DNA of 64,000 nt. It comes from Azolla caroliniana (taxonomy: Eukaryota; Plantae; Polypodiophyta). The stretch covers positions 18,166,001-18,230,000 of the forward strand of contig JBHGNT010000001.1 in NCBI GenBank assembly GCA_043228905.1. The letters are read 5' to 3'. Position 1 is the first letter of the stretch, and each line of letters begins with the position of its first letter. The translations under genes and the position numbers were made by a program. Under the pieces are notes generated by a model. That model was not told the DNA's origin. It did no database searches and saw only the letters and a program-made list of their open reading frames with translations. Shown piece after piece: positions 36,430 through 50,400 of this stretch.

Positions 36430-37800
36430 TTGAGGCTCGTTCCTCCCTATCCTAGACTGTTGAACTTTGCAAAATTTTGCGAGACAAAGGAGGACTTTCA
36501 CAACATATATGGTCCGTCGCTCGAAGGTATTGACCATGCTATTCTAACAAATAGATTGATTATTGATGTAGTTTGGATGTCAGTATATAAAGTGCCCAGA
36601 GTGAATGGCAAGGTCAAGCTCAAGCATGTACGACCGGACCTGTACGACGACTGCATGATACTGCACCAGAAAGTACATCAAGAGATCCCGGTCAAAAAAA
36701 GTTGTCTGTTTCATTTGCTAGAGCTTTTGCATACGAGTATTCCAAAACACCGAAGGAATCTCGTGACCCTGAAATGTACAAGGTAGCTTGGGCAATTTAT
36801 GGTGAGGCATCGGTAGAAAGATGTTGGAAGATGGGGAACTTGCAATAGAAAATGGCAAGATTTTGGAGCATGGCAGTTGATGATGCAACTGCCGACTCCC
36901 AACAAACCTGCAACTATACGCCACACCGACACACAATGAAAGCCAATGCCGATGATACAAGTGAGACATTGATTAGCTATATCCTAAAAAGTGTCCATGA
37001 AGCTTGTGAGACATTGGAGTTTTTTAAGACTAATTTAGAGAAAGCATCATTGGCTGTTGCGATCGAGAGCAAAGTCACTTTGGCAGTTACAACAATCAGA
37101 AATAAGATTCAGGTACCTATTGTTTTGCTAGTATGTAATACGTTATAAATAACTTGTACATGAAAATGTGCTATTGAGGCATTATCTGGAATAGGTTGCT
37201 CAACATGAACATGAAATTGAGGGGTCACTGGATCCCCAGCGAAAAATTCAACTGTAGACAGAGATCTAGGTTCTTTCAATGAACCTGGACCTTCTAGGTG
37301 TAAATATTGTCGCTGATTACAATTTGGAAAAGCTACAAGTAAGTTCATGATTCTTGTTTCTTGTTGTTGTATCTTCCTCATTAAGGAATAATTAATCGGT
37401 AAATTTCTCGGTTGTGTTGAAGGAACAATACTCCTTTCAAGAACAGGTTGTTCACTGCCTTAAGAAGCAGCAACATTTTGTGGAGGGGATTGTAAGGAGC
37501 AGACAAGAACTGGACCTGAACATTCATCCTCCCTTACCAAATGAAGGAGAACCAGGAAATGATATATTGACTGTTCAAGCACGTTGCATCGCTTGTGGAT
37601 TACGTGTAGAGGACAAATTTGCTACTCTGTTGGTTCACCTGCAACCATGCCAACTCACATACCATATCGTTTGTTTTACAAAATGCCTGTCACATTGCTG
37701 CATTCTATTTGGGGGATTGTAGTACAGATTTCCCAGATGAATGGAGAAAACACACAGCTAAAATTGCTGCTTGTGCCCATAGTGTAGCTAATTACTTCCA
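36430..37800 (+). pseudogene. Degenerate, probably spliced gene with a C-terminal RING-like Cys/His motif (unassigned)
   Basis: ORF pieces 36430-36786, 36852-37148 and 37414-37722. Motif CIACG..PCQLTYHIVCF..C. Candidate donor CAG|GTAC near 37113 and acceptor near 37421. Confidence 0.45.
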
Positions 37801-37884
37801 TCTTTGCTCATTAGGTAAGCTGTATAAAGTGTGGAAACTATTTAGCTATTATGGTTGTAGTGTATATGCTACTTACCTAACATA

Positions 37885-38215
37885 TAGTTAATTAGCTAAG
37901 TGGTAGCTAATTAGCTACTACCATACTTTAGTTGAGTAGCTAATTAGCTAAGTGGTAGCCAATTAGCTACTACCATAGTTTAGTACAGTAGCTAATTAGC
38001 TAAGTAGTAGCTAATTAGCTACTACCATACTTTAGCAGAGTAGCTAATTAGCTACTATCATAGTTTAGTACAATACCTAATTAGCTAAGTGGTAGCTAAT
38101 TAGTGACTACCATACTTTAGCTGAATAGCTAATAAGCTAAGTGGTAGCTAATTAGCTACTACCATTGTTATGTACAATAGCTAATTAGCTAAGTGGTAGC
38201 TAATTAGCGACTATC
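37885..38215. repeat. Satellite built on the palindrome TAGCTAATTAGCTA
   Basis: About ten copies of a self-complementary 14-mer or close variants. Confidence 0.9.
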
Positions 38216-38314
38216 ATACATCTTGTTGTAAGCTTTAGCAGACTAGTTCCTTCAGCCGAGGAAACTATCCAATTCAATGTATTGTACACACTTTTTCTAC
38301 TAACACCAATTACC

Positions 38315-38842
38315 TTAGATAGCACACTCGTCAACATCACTATTAAGTAACATCATTAGACTAGACCTTTTTAAGACAAGATCATCTTCTGACCTGAAAC
38401 TATTACGGAGATTATTTACTAGTACAGATGTTATGTTTGCATTAAGACCATCACAATCAACTAACTCCTTTATCGATGGATCATTTAATATTCCATAAAG
38501 TACTACCTTCTTTTCTTCATTGTTGATGTGCTTGGTTTGAACATTGAAATAGTCTACAACCTTTCTCTCTACGATAGAAGTCTCATTACTTCCATTCTCA
38601 GTGATATTTAGACCTATATCCCAGCCAATACTATCTTTACCTTTAGTGAGTGTGGCTTTCGTATCCTTCAACAATTGACGATGTTTTCTTTTGTTGTCTG
38701 CCCAATACTTTCGTATCGCTTGTTGTGTCCTGCTATCATCATCCCTATCCCGATGATCATTGAGGGGTAATTCTAAACACCCTCCTTCCCCTTTTATTTG
38801 GCTTGACGAGTTAAAACCCTCATTTTCCCGAAAAAAAGACAC
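38315..38842 (-). pseudogene. Uncharacterised ORF (175 aa), possibly a DNA-transposon protein N-terminus
   Basis: Long ORF in AT-rich DNA with a basic patch (NKRKHRQ); no diagnostic motif recognised. Confidence 0.3.
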
Positions 38843-38949
38843 GTATTAAAGATGGCTATGGGCAACAACAATACACAAAAATATTCCTCAATACACAAGA
38901 TTATACACAACAATACACAGGATAATCAATAGACAGAATAGTTATTCAA

Positions 38950-39577
38950 ATCCAAGACCGAACAATGGCGGTAATCCAGGGCTGAATAGTGGCGGCAACT
39001 GAGTGTAGAATGGCGGCATTGGAGGAGTGAACTCCGTTTGATCGAACAATTTTTACAATTTGGGACCGAACAATGGCGGCAACTGAGTGTAGAATGATCG
39101 CAATGGAGGAGTGAATTCCATCGGATTGAACAGTGGTAGATGATGCTTGGAATGCACAATGACGACAACTGAGAGTAGAATGGCAGCAGTGGAGAAGGAG
39201 TGAACTCCTTCGGATCGAAAAGTGGCAGCAATACACCATCAAACAATAACGACAATTAAATGTAGAATGATGGCAATGGATGAGTGAACTTTGTCAAATC
39301 GAAAAGTGGCAGCAATCCAGGACCGATCAGTAGTGGCAACTAAGTGTAGAATGATGGCAATGGAGGAGTGAACTCCGTCAGATCGAATAGTGGCAGATGA
39401 TGCTTGGAATGCACAGTGATGACAACTGAGAGTACAATGGCAACAGTGGAGGAGTGAATTCCCTCAGATCGAAAAGTGGCAGCAATACACGACTGAGCGG
39501 TAACACCAACTAACTGTAGAATGATGGCAATGGATGAGTGAACTCTGTCAGATCGATTAGTGGCAGATGATGCTTGG
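38950..39577. repeat. Approximately 85-bp degenerate tandem repeat, left part (continues 53005-53310)
   Basis: Recurring AACTGAGTGTAGAATGGCGGCAATGGAGGAGTGAACTCC near 38997, 39081, 39167, 39254, 39338 and 39424. Confidence 0.88.
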
Positions 39578-42229
39578 TGTAAAGAATAGCGTGCGGAAGA
39601 AATAGAAAACCGAAAACAGATAATACGCAGGTTTAATGGAGAGTTTGAATATGTACAGTACGCGGAAGAGAGAGAGAGAGAGAGAGAGAAGACTTTGTAA
39701 TACTCTGTGCATCGTATGTGTTTAGTGAACACTTTTATACAAGTCCATACGGACTGACATAAGTATGGTGTACTTCAATGCTCACACGAGCGTCTGACAC
39801 TAACTACGAGACATTAACTACCCAGTAGCCTCGGCTGCTACTAGGCTTCCAGTTATTGATGGATCCGGCTAACCGGCCCACTTGCTCACTAGCTCACTGA
39901 TCCAACTCATCCTTCCAGATGCCGATCCAGCCCAGGCTTATTCAGCCGATCTAGATCCGGTTGAGCTTGTCGCTCAACACTCCCCCTCAAGCTCAACTTG
40001 AGGTCAGATCGTAGTGTCAGTCTCCATGGTAGCTGGGCCTTCCACCCGGGTCCTTCTGGTGTCACTTCGCCTCGCTCGCGCTCCTCGCCCGGTCCGGTCC
40101 CGTTTGCCACGACCCCTCTGGTTCTGCGCACCTCGACCTCCTCGGTCGGCTTGTCTGCTCAACAGGCCCAATTCAGCTCCCTCGCTGTTGTGACTTCAGT
40201 GCTTATCAACCCGCCGGTTCCTTCATGTTGGCGTCGACTTCCGCTGACTTCTCGTCCGCTTGGTCTTCAGCTGATCCGGTTCTTCTGAATCCGTCTGTTG
40301 AACTGAATCGACTGTCTTAGATTCGTTCCAACTCTTGTCCGAATTGGTCGCTCCCGATTCATCTTCCGGTTCTAGGCCCTTCACTACATCGGACAATGTC
40401 TGGGTCTTGGCCTTCTTCTTCCGGTCGGCTCTGTCCTTCTTGACTTTGGCGCCGTTGCTGCTTGTTCCGACTTGTTCGGATGTGTCAACTTCCTTTGTGG
40501 ACTCAACTCCTTTCTTCTTCTTGTCTCTCCCTCTATCGGTTCTTCCCTCTCCGGCGCAATTGGCATTTTCTTTGCCTTTCCCCACTCTCCCCCTCAAGTG
40601 TGGCACGTCGAGATGCTGAACACCAAGCATTTTGGTGAAGTGCTGCAACTTGTCCGATCCGAGCGGCTTCATGAAGATGTCGGCAACTTGCCGATCCGTA
40701 TGAACATACCAAAGTTCGACTTCACCGCTTAGGACCCGCTCACGCACGAAGTGGTAATGCACTTCTATGTGCTTTGTCCGAGCATGGAACATGGGGTTCT
40801 TGGCGAGCTGCATGCTGCTTATGTTGTCGCAGTAGATCAAGATCGGGGTCGGCACCTCAATCCGCAGGTTTTGCAGCAGTCGCCAAAGCCAAATGGCTTC
40901 ACAGGTGCCAATGGTAGCGTCCCGGTATTCAACCTCAGTGCTCGAAAGGGCCACTATTGGCTGCATTTTGTTGCTCCACGCAACAGTCGCACTACCGAGG
41001 GAAAACATATAGCCGGAGGTGGATCGGTGATCCGATGCATCGCCGGCCCAGTCGGCATCAGTGTAGCATGTCGGTATAACAGTCCTCGTTCCTTCGTGTC
41101 GCTCACATATCGCAAAATTTGATGTGCGCACAGAAGGTGCTCAACGGTCGGCTTCTGCATATATTGGCTGATCACGCCGACCGGATAATTGATGTTGGGT
41201 CAGGTGATTGTCAAATATATAAGGCTTCTGACGATTTGTCGGAACCGCTTCTCATCGCAGGCCGATCCGGAGTTGGGATGGAGCTTCTGATTCCGATCCA
41301 GGGGTGTGGAGATCGGTCGGCATTCTATCATGCCGAACTTGTACAACATATTCAACACATAGTGTCACTATGAGAGTAGTATGCCATCGAGGGTTCGGAT
41401 CACCTTGATCCCAAGGAAATAGTGAAGGTCCCCCAGGTCCTTCATCTCAAATGCGTCCGACAGCTAGGACTTGAGTCGACTGATTTCATCAAGTCTGGGT
41501 CCAGTGATGACTAAATCATCAACATACAGCAAAATGCAAACCGGACCATCCAATTATTGCCAGATGAACAACGACGAGTCGGACTTGGAGGCCGCAAACC
41601 CCATCTTACGCTGTCGTGAAGAAAACCGGCCATAGGCAGAATCGGAGAGAAAGCGCGCGAACCGGCCCCTACACAGATGGACGCGTGACTGTATACTTTG
41701 TACACAAACCGATCGATGTGACTACTATCCCACGCACATTTATTAGAGGGGATTGTGCGTATCTCAGAGGGGGGAGATAGGGAATAAAAGAAGAAGAGAA
41801 GAGAGAAATGGGTATCGCGCGCGAGGAGGGGAGGAGCGTTGCTACAGAACGAAAGCCCGAGCTCTCTCTACTGGAATCGTCGCTCTCTGTGGGTGTCGGG
41901 AGGTCGCTGACTCTACTTCGGGGACAGCCCGTGTGCTTCCAGCAGAGTCGCACCCTTTCCCCTCCCCCTTTGTTCTCTTTGAGTCGTGTGACTATCGTCA
42001 GTGTGCGTGAGTTGGGTCCCCGTGTCGGGTCCGTCGCCGCCTTGTCGGTTGTAACTGTCGGAGCTTGCAGTCTCTTGTCATTATAATTAAGTGTCACGTT
42101 ATATATCTCTTTTTCTTGCTTCTACGTGTTTGTGGATCTCTCTCTCTGTCTCTCTCTCTCGCTCCTCGGTCCAAGACCCCCGTGGTCCCGCCCCTTTCTA
42201 CACGTACGCGCGTAACAACGCGACATATT

Positions 42230-42247
42230 TGGTGAACCCGACGTGAA
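42230..42247 (+). promoter_or_regulatory. Primer binding site complementary to tRNA-Trp
   Basis: TGGTGAACCCGACGTGAA, 4 nt after the LTR. It is complementary to the 3' end of plant cytosolic tRNA-Trp(CCA) as recalled (..TTCACGTCGGGTTCACCA). Confidence 0.85.
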
Positions 42248-44392
42248 CAAGGCGGCAAAGGAGTTGAAAGATGAGGGGATCGGAGCTAGCAGAGGCAAAG
42301 GCGGTGGCCGTGGACCGGCTAGTGAGCGCTCGTGAGGGAACGGGTACCCTCGACAGAGCCATTGAATCGATTGTCAGCTTTATAGGCCGTTTCGGAGGGA
42401 AAGACGCCACAAGTTATTTGGAGGCTTACCGGGCCGAAATGATCGTGAGGGATATCCCGGTGGACAGGCGGCTGTCTAGATTCCCTCGGGTGGTGACGCC
42501 GGGCATCCATGCGGAGGTGCTCGAGGTGCTGGCCGGATGCCAGGCTTGGGAGGAGTTCAAGCTGCAGCTCCTCGAGAAGTACGGGTTTGACGACTCGCTC
42601 CGGCTATCGAGGCGGGACTTCATGGCGTGGGTGGAAAGCCCCTGAAAAGGGAGGAACATGTCGGAACTCCTCCAGGAGTTCGAAAAACAGTTCGCGCGGC
42701 TGTCGACGCTAGACCGGACAGTGCTCGAAACAAGTCGAGTGCTGCTGTTTGTCAAGTCGGTGGATGCGCTCGACAGGGAAAAGGTGGGTCCCCTATTGGA
42801 GATGGACGAAGGGCTCACGACGGATTGGGCCGTGGTAAAACAGGTCTGCAGCCGTTTTGACAAACGGCGCGATTGGAGCGACGGAAGCACGTCGGGGTCG
42901 GGGCCGGTCTCGGGGAGAAGGCTCGAGGAGCCGGTTTCGGTGCCACTGGGAGGAAGGAAGAGACCCGAATTTGGTTGGAGTCGGGGTCGGCATCGAGCGA
43001 CGTTGTCAGAGGCCCATCCGGAGGAGCGGCTTTGGAGGAGCTAACGCAGATGGTGCGCGACCTGCAGATCGCACAGGCACAGAGCGACAGCGGTGAACCA
43101 CCTCGCGACCGAAGGCCGCCGGCTGGGCAGCGGTGCATGTGGTGTGACACGATCGGTCACATTCAGAAGGATTGGGCGGATTTCGCCGACGCGCTCAGGA
43201 CCAACGTGGTGTACCTCCGGAACGGGCAGGTGCACGCGAGCGAGACCCGAAGAGCCCTGGAACTGAATATGGGGCGCGACAGAATGAAGAAGTTGATGGA
43301 AGAGGCCGTAGCACGGCACGTCGAAGCCGTTAACTACTTAGTGTCGGTGCGAATTCGGGTCGGGGGTGATGAGACCCGGAAGGCGAAGGACTCCAGATTC
43401 TGGCCGCTAGTGCTAGAAGGCCTCTCCGGAGTTCGGCTGAGGAAGGAAGAGGCGTACTGCGCGGAACAGCGGGTCCAGGAGGTCACCGGTTGGGACGATC
43501 CGGTGGAAGAGAAAACGGGCTTCGTAGAAGCCACTTGCCAGAACTATGAGGTTCTGGTGGAGGACAAACGGGCAGGAAAGGCCGGAGGGGTTGGGGCCCC
43601 GAGGTATGAGAACCAGTTCGGGCCGAAACCGACCGGTGCCGGCAACCCAGGCGTGCCGGATGGGAAGAAGCAGGCGGGGTTTCGGTTGAGCACCGAAATC
43701 GAGAGAGCAACGGACCTTCGGAAGGTCCATGAAGTGTGAATCCTCGACAGTAAAGTGGAGTTGTGGTTGCGGGAGGTGCTGGGAATCGCCAAGAGGGAGT
43801 TCCACGACTCTATCGTAGACTTGGTGAAGCGAAAGAGGCTCTCGACGGAGCCGGAATCGGAGAAGCCGGTGGAAGTGCGGACCACGCACCTGGAAGACGG
43901 AGCCCTGGAAGATGAGCTGGCGGGAAGCCACTACACGAAGCCGCATTGGGCCGGGGCGACTACAGAAACCCTTGTACGGATCGGCAACGTTCTGGAACCG
44001 GTGGTGGCATTGGTAGACCATGGATCCGAAATCAACCTGATGTCCATGGATTTCTACAAGAAGGGTAAGTGGCCGATCAACACCAAGCATGGCTGGAAGA
44101 TACGGGCAGCGACGCGCGCCACAGAAGAACTACATGGGGCCTGTCCGAACGTCCGGGTGAAAATCAGCGATGTCGAGATCGACTAGCAGTTCTTTGTGCA
44201 GGAGACGTCCTTGCATCCGGTTATACTGGGAGAACCATATATCACGGCGGCACGGATGGAGACCAAGGTGCTGGACAACGGTTCAGCCTATGCAAGAGTC
44301 AAGAGCCAAGACGGGCGTCACTCGATCCAGTTCCTAACGGTGCGACCAAACCACGAGCGTAACTGCGAGACCCTCGGTAGCGAAACCCGAGG

Positions 44393-44457
44393 GGATTTTT
44401 AGAGGGGCTATCAAGGCGTGGGGCCGCGATAGTCCAGACACCCGGGAAGAACCCCAC
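44393..44457 (+). promoter_or_regulatory. Homologous frameshift signal in B2 (1-nt spacer deletion)
   Basis: G_GAT_TTT_TAG; stem GGGCTATC(44405-12)/GATAGTCC(44428-35); loop GTGGGG can pair with CCCCAC. Confidence 0.7.
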
Positions 44458-47400
44458 AAATGTACAGTACGGAAGAAGACCTGTACCATAGGTAGGAAAT
44501 TTTGGCTCTCCGACAACGGAGGTTGTACTATAACCAGCGTTAGCGGCAGGGAGAGGAAGCGAGCGGAGGAGCGGTTCAGGGGATGCGGAGTCCTCTTCCC
44601 CGATGAGGACATCAGCGGCGCCGTGGAGGCGGTCTCTTTTGACGACACCTTGGGCGAACTACGAAAGGTGATTGGTGGAGACCTTAGAGAAGACCGGACC
44701 GTGCCGGTGGGGTCGATAGGAATGTACGAAGTCATCGCGGACTTCGGGGAAAGGATCGGGTCAGATCGGACGGCCCGAGTGGATACGAAATACCAGACTG
44801 TGGACCGGAAGGAGAGGTCAATCGTGGCACCCTTGCCGGAGGGCAGCGAGGAGCGGATAAAGGGGGTCGCATCGGACCCAAGTTTACGAAATCCGGCTGG
44901 CATAGGGCACCGGTTCACCGACATAACGCTACGGGAGCTCAAGGTCGGTGGGGGCGGCTTTTTACTGCCGGCGGAGGAGGACCGGTTTCGGAGAATGCTC
45001 GGGAGGCACGGGAAGGCTTTCGCATTCTCACCGGAGGAGATCGGGTGCGTAGACCCGACAGTTGTCAAGCCGATGGTGATCTTCACGGTACCGCATGTAC
45101 CGTGGAATCTCAAGCCGATTCTGGCGCCGAGAGCTCACATCCCGAAGTTGATGGAGCTCCTAAAGCAAAAGGTGGAGATGGGCATCCTCGAACCGTCGAG
45201 TGCCCCATATTCGAATCGGTGGTTCATAGTGCCGAAGAAGAACGGCATGCTGCGCTTCATTCAGGATCTACAACCGGTTAACAAGGTAACCATCCGTAAC
45301 GCAGGAATCGGACCGACCATAGACGAGTTCGCGGAGGCCTTCGCTGGAAGGTCGATTTACTCTGTCGGTGATCTGTACTCGGGGTATGATTAGTTCCAGC
45401 TAGCCGTGGAAAGCCGAGACATTACGACGATGCAGACTCCTCTCGGCCTAGTGCGGATGTGTACCCTACCACAAGGAGGGACAAACTCAGTGGCTCACAT
45501 GGTTAACGCGATGAACAAGGTGCTCAGGGACTGTATACCGGACACCACCATGCCATTCTTAGACGACATCTCAATCAGGGGATGCCCGGTGGAGGAAAAA
45601 GACGAGGCAGTCGGGCCGGACGGATGTCGAAATTTCGTGGCGACTCACATTGATGACTGCGAGAAGGTGTTGCAGAGACTAGAAGGCACGAGGCTCACCT
45701 TCTCCGGGGAAAAGTCGGCCTTCGGACAGTCGGAGATCTTGGTGGTCGGACACCTGTGCGGGCCCTACGGTAGGAAACCGTCTCCAGCAAAGGTAGAGGC
45801 CGTCTCCGCGATGAGGAACGATTGCGGATCGGTCACAGAGGTCCGCCGATTCTTGGGGGCATGCGCGTTCTACCACATCTGGATCCCACACTACGCACAT
45901 GTCGTGGAACCCCTCTACGGGCTAATAAAAAAGGGGCGTAGCTTTGAGTGGAGGACGGAGCACACGGAGTCAGTTCGGAGACTGAAGGAGGTGCTTACGG
46001 CAGCACCGGCTCTCCGTAAAGCGATTTACGGCAAGGATGTTCCCATCTGCGTAATAGTGGACACCAGCCCGACCGGGATCGGGTGGGTAATCAGTCAGGA
46101 GGACAAGGGCGGCATACGATTCCCAATCCGTTTCGGGGCAAAGGTATTGAGCGAGCGACAGCGAGGGTACGCCCAAGTTAAGCGCGAACTTTGGGGTGTC
46201 GTTTCGGCAGTCAAGGCCGACAAGGATTATCTGATCGGGACGGAGGTGATCATTGAGATGGACTGCCTGCCGATACTTGGCATGGTTTCCGGATGCGCGA
46301 CGCCGGACCTAGCAATGCTCTGGTGGATCGCGTACATTAAGTCCTTGAACCCGGAGATACGGCACATCTCCGGAAAGGACAACGCCATGGCCGACATGCT
46401 TTCGAGGGCAAGGTTCAACGACGAAGACGGCATGGTTTCGGATAACGAAGAAGTCGGCGAGGACTTCTTCAGGTCGGCTAATGTAAAGACGAAGGAAGGG
46501 GACATTCCGGCGCTTAACGATTTTGACGAAAGCAGGTACAACGGGGAGTGGCTCCAAATCGGGAGGTTCCTATGGACGATGACGCCGGACGCGGCATGGG
46601 CGAGAGAGGAGGCGAGCCGGATACGAAGGAAGGCGTACCGATTCTTCCTACGGGACGGGTACATATGGAGGCATCCAAAGAAGAGAAGTAGCATTCCACT
46701 CCGAGTAGTAGCAAGGAAAGAAGAATAGGGGAAACTAATGGCGGCATTTCACAAGAGCCCCTGGGCCGGACACCGCGGAACGTGGGCCACTTTTGAGAAG
46801 CTGAAGGAGAAGTACTGGTGGCCGGGACTATACCAGGACGTGCATCGGTACGTGACGACTTGCGAAAGCTGTCAGATGCACTCCGTATTCTGACACTGGG
46901 ACGAGCTACACCCGACCTACGTGCCTACAGTCCATTTCAAGTGGATGGTCAACTTGGTGACGATGCCAATGGGGGTAGGGCAGATGCGATACCTGGTGCT
47001 TGCATGGGAGGACTTAACGAATCAGGTGGAAGGCCGTGCGTTGCAAAGCAAGACAACCGCGACAGTATGTCGGTTCCTGATCGAAGAAGTAGTGTGTCGG
47101 TACTGGTGCATCGGGAGGATCGTGGCGGACCGAGGGGAGCTAGATGCGCGGGAGGCCGAGAAGCTGTTCGACCGGCTAGGCGTCAAACTCTCCCTCATCA
47201 CGGCATATAATCCGGAGGCGAACGGAAAGGTGGAACGTGGGCATGGACCGATTATAAAGGCATTGGTGCGTGCATGCGGTGGGCAGGTCGGGAATTGGCC
47301 GCGACTCCTTCCTTACGCGCTATGGGCGGACCGGACTACGCACAGTTCGGTGACAGGGTTTATGCCGGCGGAGCTGATGTATGGAAAAAAACCGATCATG

Positions 47401-50400
47401 CCGGTGGAGCGGACGGTTTCTTCGTGGGTGGTGGTAAATTGGAAGGACGAAATGAGCTGAGAGGAGTTGCTGGCGGCGCGGATTCAGCAACTCGAGCGGA
47501 GGCCGGAGGACGTGATACGGGCGAAGGAAAGGCTGCGAGCGGCAAGGGAGCGGAACAAGATCCGGTTCAACCGGACACACCGGTTGCAACCAAAGAAGAT
47601 CGAGGAAGGTGACTGGGTCTTAGTATACGACAACAGCCTCGACAATCAGCACAAGGCAGTGTGGAAGTTTGCTAGGAGATGGTTCGGGCCCTACATGGTG
47701 ACGAGCGCGAACGACAACGGCACGTACCACCTCGCCGAACTCGACGGAACATAGTTAGCGGTGCCGGTTGCGGGAAAGAGGATCAAAGCTTTCAAAAAGC
47801 GGTTCGAAGACGAGCCGGAGCCTGCGAGCGGGAGCGACAACGACGATCAGTTCGGGTCCGGCGGAGAACCGGAGAGCAACGAGTGAGGCCAGGTTTCTTC
47901 GATATCTACCCGTCTCTGGCACATACCGGTGGATGCGCGGTTTGGTGGGGGTGGATGTCGTGAAGAAAACCGGCCATAGGCGGAATCAGAGAGAAAGCGC
48001 GCGAACCGGCCCCTACACGGATGGACGCGTGATTGTATACTTTGTACACGAACCGATGGATGTGACTACTATCCCACGCGCATTTATTAGAGGAGATTGT
48101 GCGTATCCCAGAGGGGGGAGACAGGGAATAAAAGAAGAAGAGACGAGAGAAATGGGTATCGCGCGGGAGGAGGGGAGGAGCGGTGCTGCAGAACGAAAGC
48201 CCGAGCTCTCTCTACTGGAATCGTCGCTCTCTACGGGTGTCGGGAGGTCGCTGACTCTGCTTCGGGGACAGCCCGTGTGCTTCCAGCAGAGTCGCTCCCT
48301 TTCCCCCCCCCCTTTGTTCTCTTCGTGTCGTGTGACTGTCGTCAGTGTGCGTGAACTGGGTCCCCGTGTCGGGTCCGTCGCCGCCTTGTCGGTTGTAACT
48401 GTCGGAGCTTGCAGTCTCTTGTCATTATAATTAAATGTCACGTTATATATCTCTTTTTCTCGCTTCTACATGTCTATGGATCTCTCTCTTTGTCTCTCTC
48501 TCTCGCTCCTCGGTCCAAGACCCCCGTGGTCCCGCCCCTTTCTACACATACGCGCGTAACAACGCGACAACGCAACCAGTTCGTGATCTTGGCATTCCAA
48601 GCTCAGGGGGCTTGCTTCAGGCCATAGAGTGACTTCTTCAGCCGGCATACCTCCGACTTGTCCATCTCCATCTAGAAACCAGGAGGTTGGGTCATAGAGA
48701 CCTCTTCTTCAAGATCGCCTTGAAGAAATGCATTCTTCACGTCCATCTGGTGAAGATGCCACCCGCTTGCCGCAACAACTGCTAGTACCACACGAACTGT
48801 AGTAATCTTCGCTACCGGAGTGAAGGTCTTGTCATAGTCGATTCCGTGGGTCTGTGTATATCCCTTCGCCACTAACAGGGGCTTGTACCGGTTAACTGAA
48901 CCATCGGCATTGTACTTTCCTTGTACACCCACTTACATCCGATCGGTTTATAGTGTCGGGGAGGGTCAACTAGGTCCCATGTGTCATTGGCATCAAGTGC
49001 TCACATTTCTTCCTGCATAGCGGCACGCCAATTTGCGTGCCTTGCCGCTTCTGCGTAGCTCTCCGGCTCACGCACTTCCGTCGCCTTGGTCATGTACGCA
49101 TAATGATGCGCCATGTACTCATTGTACCCGTACCGCTTCACGGGGTTCTTCTAGCGGGAAGACCGGCGTAACTTATCATTACTTGGTTTGAGGCCTTTCT
49201 TGGCCGGTTTGGACTTCAATCTCAAAGATCCACCTTCATCCTTTCCGGAGTCGGGTTCGCCCCGATCCGACTCAACGTTGCCGGTTTCATATTCTGGCAT
49301 CTTCGTCTTCCCCTTGTCTTTGCGCGGGAACCGTCTCCTCGGTTCCTTGCGCGGGGAGAGCACGACAAAGTCTCCATTACTCGTTGGTTCCTCATCCGAC
49401 TGCTCATTCGGTCCATTTAACCAAAATGAGATCAGACTCTTCTAGAGTGCCGAGGTCTTCATCTCCTATCTGGATCGGTTCAAGCTTACTAGCCTCATCC
49501 TCCGGTATCGGGTCGGGGTCGGAAGTCGGAGCCGATAAGGTACACCATGATGCCATCTCATCAAACTCAACATCCCGGCTAACTCGGACCTGCTTCATCC
49601 GGGGGTTATAACACTTATACCCCTTTTGCTCATGCGAGTAGCCGATCAGGATGCATTTCTCTGGCTTTGCATCCAACTTCCTCTGCTTCTCATCCAACAC
49701 ATGCACATATGCAATGCTACCGAATATCCAAAGGTGTCTCAAATTCGGCTTGCGTCCGAAATACAACTCATGTGCAGACACCTTGTCACCGATCTGGTTT
49801 TGGATATAGACGGCTGTTTGGACCGCTTCGGCCCAGTAGAAATGCGGCATGCTCTTCTCCTCCAGCATTGCCCTTGCCGCGTCAACAATCGACCGGTTCT
49901 TCCTTTCGGCCACATTGTTATGCTCCGGTGTGTATCTGTAGCTGAACTCTCTACAAAATCCTTTTTGCTGCAGATAACTGTTGAATTGGCTGGAAATATA
50001 TTTTTTCCCGCCATCCAACCACATGCAGTTGATCTTCCTCTCCGTTTCCCATTCAACCAGGCTTTGCGGGTTCTGGAAACACTCGAAAACTACGCTCTTC
50101 CGCTCAATGAGGTAGATCCACGTGTGCCAGCTGTAGTCGTCGATGAAGGAGACAAAATATTGACTCCCACCAAGACTAACGTTCTATGCCGGTCCCCATA
50201 TATCCGAATGAAGAAGGTCAAGGTTTTTATGGCTAGGGTTTCTTTCGGTGGGGAATGGAAGCCGGTGTTGCTTCCCGAGTTGGCAGGCTTCACAAATTTC
50301 GGCCTTTCGGCCGCTAAATTTTGGCAAACAAAAAACAACTTGTGCTAGAGATCAATATCCGATTCAATCTTCTGTCCTTTGGCAACCAAAGCGGTGCCAA

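Larger units (their letters stand above)
41612..48569 (+). mobile_element. Gypsy family B copy 2, full length (614-bp LTRs at 41612-42225 and 47956-48569)
   Basis: Paired LTRs TGTCGTG..GCGACA, 4-bp TSD ACGC, PBS at 42230, gag from 42271, PR, RT, RH and IN with several stops. Confidence 0.96.

Noticed and set aside
38926-39732. Cys/His-rich repetitive ORFs as metal-binding proteins
   Set aside because: They are translations of the 85-bp tandem repeat in several frames, with no consistent frame.
41669-42097. 142-aa ORF in both B2 LTRs
   Set aside because: It is duplicated only because the LTRs are recent copies, and no equivalent was seen in the B1 LTR.
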